64,000 nt of DNA, from NCBI GenBank assembly GCA_964304625.1, contig OZ199839.1, positions 8,728,221 to 8,792,220 of the forward strand. The letters run 5' to 3'. Within the stretch, counting starts at the first letter, position 1. The number at the start of each line of letters is the position of its first letter. This document shows positions 1 through 10,707 of the stretch, in pieces. This stretch comes from Kudoa neothunni (taxonomy: Eukaryota > Animalia > Cnidaria). The notes under the pieces are model-generated. The model did not search any database, was not told the DNA's origin, and was given only the letters and a program-made list of their open reading frames with translations. A program made the position numbers and the translations under genes.

Positions 1-1476
1 AGTGTTAAAATCTTTATTATATTTGACTAAAAATAATAAACTATTAATATTTCGGATTAACTTTCATGATTACCAAACAAATTTTATTTGAGGTTAACTT
101 TGTTTATCTCAGAAACAATTTCATTAGTTTAATTAATGTATATTTACATAGGATATATTGAGAATTAGTTTGGGGTGGCTAAATTTATTTGATGTAAAAT
201 GGAGGCACGTGACCCAAACCCTTGAAATTTTTATTTTAGATATAAAAATTAAGGTTATGTTCTGGTGATATAATAGGATTATTATGTCTTGTAAGATTCA
301 ATCGTACTTCCAATTGACAGAAAATTGGCGATGTTGGACATTATAGGTACTCCCAACTAAGAGAGATAGAGAGAGGGATTAATAAAAATTCCCCAAACAT
401 AGAAAAATTAACGCCTTGAGCTGGCGAGGGGATAAAATTTGGCGTTAGTGGTTACCCTAAGATGAGTCTTTCTCGTGGTTTCCATCCCCATAGAGCCATA
501 AATTGATGAAACGAATAATTACCGAGAATTGTTGCCACGTTTAGAACATTCACGGAGACGAATTAACCATTCAGAACTTAATAAGATACGCCAGTTACAT
601 TATTTTCTATCCTGAAGACATTATCTATCTATATACATAAAAGGAATTTTCTTTGCCAAATCATTTAATTAGTAATTTAGTTATAGGGAGGCTAAATATT
701 TTCGATGTTTACTTTTAGGAAAATCAATGGTTAAATCGATTTCAATTTAAATTTGCAGAGTCTGATTATAATATATTGAAAATATTGATTTATTCGTTGT
801 GATTTTTTTATATATTTAACATACATAATTTTGATATATCCTCTATACATGATGGAAAAGAAAGGCTTTTAATTCGATATAAAAAAATAAATGATTTCTA
901 TTTAATAAAATAAAAAAGTTATTTCTTTTATTTTTATAATCTAAGATTGCTATTAAATATTATGTAATGAACCAATGATCAAAGAACCATAGGTTTTCTA
1001 ATGAGAAAAATTAGTCTAAAAGCATTATTTGTTGCAATTCGTAATAAATAACCTGGATCTGAGTAACGTACCGCATTCAAAAAAACGTGTTAACATAAAC
1101 TACATTAAACAGCTTTATCATCTTATTAAGGTTTTTATCAAGCTACCAATAGTTAGAATTTTTAATCTCTATTAAATGATTAAATTCTCTAACTAAAAGT
1201 ATTACCAAGAAGATCCACATATAATAACAAATATAATGAAATCTCATGGTGAAAGTATCGATGTTATTCTACTTGTCCAAGATTTATTGCATTATATGGA
1301 CTGAATGAATAGATATAGACAATAGGAATCATTATACTCGTGGAGGAGAATGAATGTGTGTTAACGAGATATTAACAACCGAATATCAGTTTTTTGTATT
1401 CATTTGGTACGATTAAGCTCCGACTTGGTACTAAAAAAAGGACCTAGCGATTTTGGGCTAACTTAATTTTTGATTC

Positions 1477-4353
1477 ATGTTGTTTCGATTACTATTATTT
1501 TTTGCATTGTGGGTCGAACAGTGCCATTTCCAAAGTAATGTTACAATGTGTTCCATGAATAATAGAGATATATAGTTTCTAAATTGAACTTGAAAAAACA
1601 GGATGAGGAATATATTTTAGAGTTTTCCTTGCAGAGTGGCTCCACAGAGAACGATTGTTCCGTTAGATATATTGGATATGAAAAGGCAAAATCTGGCACG
1701 AACAGATTTTTTGGGCATTTAGGACAGAAAGGAAAATATCGTTGCACCAGTGAAAAAAATAAACTCACCCTCGAATATATAGACCAAAAATATTACTTAG
1801 TCGTTACCGACGACAAAAATAAACAAGAGGCTTATGTTTTTTATGAAAGTAAACCTTAGTGATAGGTAAAAGGTTTTAATCAATTTATTTTTTTAGAAAC
1901 CACCAATACTAACTTGAAATTGTCCATTGAAAAAGACATTATGGATCTGAAAATCTCTGATCCATTTTCAATTAAAAAAATGAAAGTTAGATTAGATGGA
2001 AACCATGATTTGTTAGGGAGTCCTATATTCGACAACGCGTTGGGGCAACATTTCCATCCAAGATCCACTATGAAGATAACGTCAAACCTAGAATTTGCAA
2101 AATATTACGAAGTGGCTTTGGCGGAATATAATGATATTGATCATTTGATAAACGTGGAAAACTATTCCAATAAGCCAGTCTATCCATTGAAAAACTATGG
2201 TTTCCTTAGAGTTGATGATGAGACCCATAAAACGTTGATATTTGAAGGATTTAACGATTGGGCTGGAGAGCTTTGTGAATTCCGAATCAAAGTGAATAAT
2301 CAATATCTTGATGTAAAATGTGGAGATGGCGAAAATAAATGTATAACTTTATGTTCGAAAGCTAATATATCTGTCCTAAACGGTGTAATATCCGACAAAC
2401 TCACGCTTGAAATTAAAAGTCGATTTAGCAAAGATGTTTTTTCGGTTGATTATGACGGTACATATTTATATAACATAGAATGAAAATATTAAATGAACTT
2501 TTTAGTGAAAAATAGCGTCATAGAATCCAAAAATAAATATTGGAGTCATGAAGTGAATCCCCTTGTAATAAAATTTGCCCCAATTACCACCCCATCTCAA
2601 GTCAATAAATGTGAAATCTCATTCCAGTATCCACTGCTGAATGACGAGCTAGCTAAAAACAACTTTTGTAACAATACCGAATCTATTAAATGTAGTAATG
2701 ATTGTGCATTGGAATATAAATTTGGAAAGGAGTTATCAAAACAACCTATTCTATTGGCAGTGAAAAGAAACGATAATATTACTGAATATGTCCAAATACA
2801 AAAATGTAATTGAAATGCTACCGAATTTCGCTGGGAGTTTGAATTTTATCAAATGTTATATAGATTCAAATGAGATTACTGCAGACGTTAAAGTCCAAAA
2901 ATCTCAGGCGAAAATCAGCTTGACGGGAGAACTTTTTTCGAGAGAGCAAAACTGTATCGTTTATATGAAGTCTAACAGACTACCTTATTATCATCCGGTT
3001 ATGTGCGGAAAATACAAATGCGTCTTCAATTCAAAACAGCCAATATTGGTCAATGGATTACATCGAGGTCACAACTACACATTTAGGGTGGTGTACGAAA
3101 ATGAATACACCGATACCATAACAGAAGAATTTCAAACAAGTAATATATTTATAAGATTATTCTGTCAACTTTAGTCAAAATAAATTAATTTTTACAATAA
3201 AGTGTCCAACCATTTCGACTTGAGTTATAATTGGAGTTCATCAGCCGAACTGGATGTGACTACATCGTTTTTGAATTCAGATAGCGACCACAAATGTCTC
3301 CAATCCAGCTGTATTTACCAACTAGCTGATGAAAATGAGGAGAAATTTGGTTCCAGAACTGAAAAAATGATTTTCATAAAAAAAGTTGCACCTTGTCAAC
3401 AGACTTCTTTCAGTGGCCTCAACAACAATCATATCTATCATATTGAAGTGGAGGCTTTCTCTTGTGGCCATTCTCATTCATCATACGTGTCAGGTATTCG
3501 AACCTCATTTTAATTATCTCGATCAAGATTAAATTTTTATTATTCGAATTTAGGAGACTTTTCAATAATAAACAATAATGAAAGTATAATATTTTCATCT
3601 ATTTCATATTCGATCCAATCACGCCCATTATTACGAATTTCAATAATAGGTACATCTGACGAACACAATAAAGAGGAAACAGTATCAGATATTACACACA
3701 ATTGTAAATAGTTATTGATGGTCATATATTTACTGAAATGAAAATTTAGCATCACCAACAGAAAATGATGGAAAACAAGATATAAGGTTTGTTTAGACGA
3801 TTAATACGTGTATATTATTTTACATTCATTTAGTAAATTGATTGTCTTGTAAAATTGTTTATACCACTGTAAATAATAGACACTCCCAAAGTTGGGTCTA
3901 CTCAAGAATGTAATAATACCCATTGACTTTTTACAGTGCTTCATGATTATTTTATAGCTAATCCAAACGACGATGATCCCATTAAATATAGCAGGTATAT
4001 TAAATTTCGAATAAAACTGAATTAATCACTTTTTATTTAGTAAATCCATTGTTCCAACAAAATATTTTTATCATTATACTAAATTATTTTAGCTATTTTA
4101 AGTATAAAGCGTTACAGGTAACATATCAATATCATAATTAGATTTTTCATTTGAACTTTAGAATTATTACGTGGGTGTCAGTGTAAGTTGTCGCTCGATT
4201 ATTTGATCAAATTTCTAAGTTAAAGTAATCATATTGAACTTTAGTGGAATTGCTTCAGCTGCTCTACTTGGATGTGGAATGTTTTCCTATTACAAAGTGA
4301 AATCAATGGGCGGGACAAAGATTGTTTCTAGAGACAAATGGACTCAAATATAA
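1477..4353 (+). CDS. Type I membrane surface protein with tandem Cys-containing FN3-like domains (about 13 exons); paralog of 40623-43706
   Basis: ATG at 1477 gives the signal peptide MLFRLLLFFALWVEQCHF. Domain-sized exons (ORFs 1584, 1914, 2493, 2788, 3202) are joined by phase-1 GT-AG introns, e.g. 1535-1575 and 3704-3749. FN3-like motifs GLHRGHNYTFRV and GLNNNHIYHIEVEA. TM segment IITWVSVGIASAALLGCGMFSYY, short tail, TAA at 4351-4353. Splicing across 3786-4092 is non-standard (see findings). Confidence 0.75.
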
Positions 4354-5157
4354 ACTTAGAAGTCATTAGTGCTTTCACTCGAACTATCCATAAACTGAAT
4401 CGTTAAAAATATAATTATTGAAGTATAATTGTTATATAAACTTGTAGAGTTTATTTAAAATAGTGTTTGACCATTTGCTACGTAATCTTCGACGTAGATT
4501 TAAAAGGCGACTTTATGATAAACTATGATCGATTAGTTATACTTGTCTCTGTTTTTGATAACTTCATGTAATTTAAAAATATGAGAATTAAATAATTAAA
4601 ATGAAATATATTTCAATTTATTGATTTTATCAGTTTTGTATTTTAAAAGGTTACCAATTTCAATTAGGATAAAATGTAGTAAATAAAGTTTATTGTCTGT
4701 TAATTTTCATTAGTTAATTTCATTTTATGATAAAATACAGTAGGTGACGGCTCGTGCGCACCTGCCATGATTTAATGACTTATACAATTCTTTTACTAAT
4801 TAAAGTAAATCGAATAAAAGCACAACGATTATACTAAAATATTAAAACTTTAGTTGTTGTGTGAATTCGCTGTAATTAAAAATTAGCTCAAATCTACGAC
4901 TCGTGGGCACTTGAATAGAACCAAGCAGTTTCGTTGTTTGAAACATAAAGTGGATATAATGTCATGTTATGAAAGAATATCAAATATGGAAACAGAAAAA
5001 TTTAAATTCTCAATTATTATAACTTAAAATCTCTATCCTCTTAAATAAGATTTCGAGTAATAAAGCAACCATTATGAAGACTCATAATAAAGTATGAACT
5101 ATAACAACCGCAAAAATTTAATAAAATTAAGATTCCTATGAATGATGCTCTAATTTA

Positions 5158-7200
5158 TTAAACCCTTTCGTTCCCATTGTCCAATTTAGTGGACAAAAAT
5201 TAGTTCGCTTATATATTTAAGTTTATTAATTAATAAAAGAATAATTTATGAATATGATAAACATAGGTTGTTATTCTATGCATTAAATGAGATAATATAT
5301 TAATAAATGTTTATGGTCATTTTTATTTGTGATATGACTCCTCCTTTTTTATAACACTGAAATAATCTAACAAATTTGGAAAAATAAGTATCAACAAGTC
5401 ATAATATGATACTGAAATAATTATATATTGAAAAAAATGAAGTGAATATTTAGTAAATGAAATTTAATTAGTGTGTGATTTAAATGTATCAAAAAACATA
5501 TTAATCTCCACAGGAATATTATAGAGGACATTGGGACTTCGAGAACCTCCGATAGTATATTTTAATGGACCACGATATTGTTTATAGTCAAAAAGAACCT
5601 TCAAAGTCTAGCTGAACTTTTAGAAATCAATTAGACAATTTTTAATGACTTTCTAATTGCCAATTGAGTGTTTCAATTTTTTTTCACTGATGAGTTGATA
5701 TCGAATATCGCATATGAATCAAATCTGTACGCTACTCACCAAAATGCTAATTTCAAAACTGGTGTAAAGGATAGAAAAATATCTGGGAGTTTTGATTATT
5801 ATGGTGATAATAAGAATGTCGAGGTATCAATGTTATTTGTTTGAAACTTGTGAACTATCCCCTTGTTTCCGAGACTTTCTTAATTAAGGAATTGTTTTGG
5901 GCAAATACGTAAATTCTTGAATTTCGCGGATAACGCTAAAGTTATCGCGTATCCTAATTCGTCCAAATACGACAGATTCGTTAAGATTAGACCTTTGTTG
6001 GATTCTGTTATAGCATCTTTTCTAAAGATTGAGCCGAAAGAAACCACTCAATTGACGAAAAGATTATCCCGTTTAAAGATCAATGTAAGGTCAAGCAATT
6101 CGTCCCTAATAAACCAACAAAATGGGGGTATAAAATGTTTGCGAGATGTGGCATTAGTGGTTTGGTTTACGATTTTCCTCTTTACGATGGACGAAAAACT
6201 GTTATAAAGTCTACCGTTGAGCGAACCATATTTTACATATTTTGACAACTGGTTTATATCTATCTATCTATCTATCTATCCCGCTCCAAATCTTCTTAAA
6301 TTTTCTTATAGGTTATAACTAAGAAATATCTATTCTATTGGTACGATACGTACTAACAGAGAAAAAGAGGTTGTCCATTGAGTAATGACAAAGATTTAAA
6401 ACTAAAAGGGCGTGGCTCATATGACTCTGCACATGACTCTGGTAATGGAATATCGATAACACGATGGTTTGATGGGTCAGTTGTCACCCGTTCATCTACT
6501 CATTCCTCGATTGAACTAATCTCAACATCAAAAAGATTCGATAAGTCTAAGAAAAAAATGGTAGAAATTCATTTTCCAGCTGTTGTTAAGGAATATAACC
6601 AAAATAAGGGCGAAGTTGACCTATTAGATATGCTCATGTCACTTTATGTTATGAAGCATAAGTGCAGAAAGTATTACTTTAGAACCTTTTTTGGTGTTCT
6701 AAATACATGCATAATTAACGCTTGGCTACGTTATAAGCGTAATTGTTCCGTGATACGCAACGATAAGAATGAAGTAATGGATTCGTTGGATTTTTTTCTA
6801 AAGTTAGTGAAAGTCTTATCCACCATCAATCAATGACTACTCAAACAAAACGTGGTACACTCTCGCTTAATCAAACTGATGGCAGGAAAAATTACGTCAA
6901 CACCAATGAAAAAGAACGAGATCTAATCCATTGAGTGATGAAATCTGTTTTTACATTTTCCCGAAATAATGACAACACATTCAAGATGTAGGGTTTGTCA
7001 AAAGAAACCATATTTAAATGTATGAAATGTCATTCATATCGTTGTCTTAAGAGAGAAAGGAATTTTTTCTATAACTTTCATAATAATCTGGAAAAATATT
7101 TAAAAATTTTAATTTTTTTAATTGTTCTTTTCGTGCGCGTAACTAAAGCGCGAATATGCCGAGGTAAATAAATTTTAATGTCTACCTTTGTGGACATATT
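5158..7200 (+). mobile_element. Decayed piggyBac (PGBD-type) transposon
   Basis: Frameshifted transposase fragments DRFVKIRPLLD, YFDNWF, GRGSYD, RWFDGSVV, YNQNKGEVDLLDMLMSLY and INAW, plus a Cys-rich tail (CRVC..CMKC) near 6985-7080. Left end TTAA-ACCCTTTC at 5158. The subterminal TGTC..GTGGACA motif occurs at about 5178 and 7180. The right terminal inverted repeat (TIR) was not identified. Confidence 0.85.
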
Positions 7201-7440
7201 AAAAAAGACTTTAAATTGTTGTTGAATAATTTTTGTTTAGATCATACATAATGTAATAAAAAAAATTTAAAGTCAAAAAAAAATTTTGGCGGGCCAATAA
7301 TCACAGCTTCTGATTTCTCATTAAACGTTTAACACGCAACAAACCAAAGAATAAAACCAATGATAGAAATAACATTTGTATACATCATTTTGAGGTTTGG
7401 ATGAGGTGAGGAGTTGTCATCAAAACTAAAATTCAATCAC

Positions 7441-10400
7441 TCACGCTGGTCGTTGCATGCATTCGCTCTCTTTGACTTTTCTTATGTATATGGTGTCGGG
7501 AGGAACTAGGCTATAAAAACAAACATTATTTCAAGCCACAAACTCCAATCTCATTATAGATTTATTTGATCCGGATTAATTTTCGTCACCATGACAAAAA
7601 ATGCAGACATTCACAATGGCAACTACGTCATCTTATTATTCGGACATACTCATTTAAATAGAAATCTAACACATATAATAATAAAAATCACATCGAATTA
7701 TCAAAAAAAGAAAACAATTCGAGTTAATAACGCACATTGAAATGTATAATATAAATTTTATAATCGCGCACGAAAATTAATCCGGATTAATTGAATTTAA
7801 AAACTCAAGGCCTTCTAAGTGTCTGTGCACTAGGAGTAAACTTACTCCTTAACCTTTTCTTCAAATTGGTAGGATGACGCAATCGCTAAATGAGAACCCT
7901 CCATATTGTAATCGAGAGAGACAACAGAATTAGGGTATCTTCGTAACTAATCCACAATCATGTTATCTACCCAACAAACTATCTTAAGTCTAATTACATG
8001 ACATAAGCGTTTTTTATTGTATGGATCCCATAGATTGACCAACCCATCCGATCCACCAGTTGCAAATGTATTGTATCTAATTGGGTTGGCTTTACAAATT
8101 GTCACACCAACAAATTAATCACTTGGGATGAAACGCAATAGCATTAACTGGGTATACATATTCGAGGCCGGTTTTGCTTGTCACTCGATGACACTTGAAA
8201 GAGTACCTATCGATAGGACTGTCATCGTTGATGGTCTCAACATAGATTCTTCCTTCGATAGTTCCAAATGCAAAACCTAACCGAAATATATCATCGATTT
8301 GTTGACTACCCACATTTCCTACCATCTCCATTCGGAAATTTGTCCATGTAACGCACTTGATACTTGGAAGCGGAATCTTTCTTAGTGGTAGGCACAGTCT
8401 ACACAACCACAAGATCATCATTATCAATTTTGTCATTCACACATTGTATTATTACTGGATATCTCAGGTCCCATATAAAAAACTTTTTAGCGCTCTACAC
8501 ATATCAAGATTATTCAAATATCAGTATCGATCATAGATTTATACTGTTATCACCATCATTTTGGTGTCATACACACACATCGCATACACTTTGTCTAGTT
8601 GATTCATTACAATAGGTGCTTGAGCTAATCTACCATCCCACAATTTGCAGGTTTTATCCCAGCTTCCGCTCACAATAGCATCTATTATTAGATAGTAACA
8701 GCAGCGAATATATGATGGTTATATTAAAACAATAAGCATGAGTATTTAGACTTTTATTAGCAAAATTAAACTTGGCGGTTGAGTTAAATTTTTTGTATAT
8801 AATTTATAACTAATTTAATTTAATTCATAATATTAAATTTAAATCTAAATCTAAATATTGTGGATGAAGTATAAGGATAATAAGTTGTAATAAAAATATT
8901 TGAAGTGAAATAACACATGCGCACAATAAAAAATAATTAAATTAGCAACAATTGCGAAAAACTCGTTCTTATTTCTTTAACCCTCCGAAGAATTTGGGGG
9001 CAATTTTACCCCAAAGTATAATTAAAACCAATATTACTCCTTAAAACATCTCCCTCAATTTGCGCACAGTATATGCCAATAAAATGGCAAACATTTTTGG
9101 AGGACTTTTGTGGTCAAATTGACCCCAAGTTTTTATCTTACGATTTTATTACAAAAATTTCTTAAAAAGTAAAGTGGTGATGTATTTTTAATTCTATCGA
9201 CTCCTTCTTTGGTAAAATAGTGATTAATATATCATTTAATCTGTGTTAATACCTTGCTAATAATCTCGGATCCTGTTCGTAAATTATCGCACGAAAAATG
9301 ATACTTCGCGTACATTGTTGTAGCTGATAAACTGAAGATTATTATTGCTCACTGTGAAAAAACAATTATTTAAATTTTTAAAAATTCGATCCGAATTATC
9401 TAAGTACTCGAACAATTCTTATATTTCTTCAAAGAATGAACTGAGCAATAGTGTTTATCGCAAAATGAGAAAAACGTGTTATGATTTTTTTATCATTTCC
9501 TCGAGGACAATATTCACAACGACGTCTCTTTTCGGAAACTATTAGTCTAAGTCCTAAAATAGCTAAATTGGGTGATTTTGCTATGACAGTTTCCCCTTTC
9601 TGTAGATTTCAGTCCATGTGAGAGGGTTGATAGAGAGCTAGGGCAATCTCCCTTCAAAATATTTTAGTTTCGTCCTTCCGATAGATAGGTGGACCGAGAA
9701 TATTAGTGCATTTATAAATGATTTTAAAGGGATTCCTCAATTAAAAATATTAACGTAACCTGACAAAACAAAGGCAGGGTTTTGCGCCAGATTATGATAA
9801 AAACCAAACTGAACAAGTATCACGATCTACGTGGAAATAAATAATAATTGTTATTTTTGGTTATGTATTAAATTATTGTTTGTAGAGAATTGAAATAAAA
9901 ATATTTTTACCCCAAGAAAAACAACCCAAATTTTTATTTGAAACAATAAATTAACAATGACTTGTATTTTACGATCATTCCCTAACATCTAACGAATAAT
10001 TACGTAAAAGATTTAACAGGATTAATTGTTATATTTCACAGCGTTTTACTGAAAAACTAGTCGATACAAATCAAAAATATCAGACAATTGAATAGATGGC
10101 AATTTTTAGAACCAACTTATCAAATAATAAGCTGGGGTCAATTTGACCTCAAAAGACCCCCGTAGATGGTTTTTTAGCAACTTTAAAAAGCTAAATTACT
10201 TAATTCGGTGCATGGAACAATGCATCTAACCGCCTTCTCATGACAACCCAAAGTGGTACATTTCATTGTTGAAATTTCGTATCTAACAGTAACATTGTAT
10301 GAGAAAACACTGTCCACATGTGAGTAAATACGTTTTAACCAATCCATCCAAGCAAGCAGTGTAAATGTGATAGGCATCAGAGAAACAACAACTCAGCACT

Positions 10401-10657
10401 GGAACTGTAGTGTAAGAACTCAACGTGAGTTGATTGGTAGCAATATTGTACATCCGTATGGTCTAAATTGAACGAGATGCCAAATACTTAAGCAAATGTA
10501 TTATCAATCGAAATACACTATCCCACGACGACACCAAAAGATGGTCGTTCGAAGTTGGGGAGAATTTTATGCAGGATATGCCGTCAGAGGGAGGCTCAAA
10601 CAACACATACTCCTGGGGAACATCAATTATAGCCTCGTCCTCAGGTGTTTTTGTCAT
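7441..10657 (-). CDS. BUB3: Mitotic checkpoint WD40 protein BUB3
   Basis: The spliced ORF contains PPSDGISCIKFSP, LLVSSWD, SGSWDKTCKLWD, IEGRIYVE, YSFKCHR, YPVNAIAFHP and FATGGSDGLVNLWDPYNKKRLC, which is the BUB3 rather than RAE1 signature. All introns are GT-AG; intron 10199-8682 is enlarged by a transposon. ATG 10657, TGA 7443-7441. Confidence 0.95.
7556..7800. mobile_element. Small MITE in the last BUB3 intron
   Basis: Inverted repeats ATCCGGATTAATTTTCGT (about 7570) and ACGAAAATTAATCCGGAT (about 7770). The same core occurs in a TA-flanked terminus at about 63815-63840. Confidence 0.55.
8977..10170. mobile_element. Non-autonomous piggyBac-like element in a BUB3 intron
   Basis: Starts TTAA-CCCTCCG at 8977. 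The GGTCAAATTGACCCC-type subterminal motif recurs near 8996, 9112 and, inverted, near 10134. Related to 51644-52980. The right-hand TTAA is degenerate. Confidence 0.6.
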
Positions 10658-10707
10658 TGTGAAGTCCTGCGCGAAAGAATATGCGTGGACACAAAAAAAT
10701 AAACCAA

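Noticed and set aside
620-660. Helitron-like 5' end (also about 29881)
   Set aside because: No matching 3' hairpin-CTAG end was identified.
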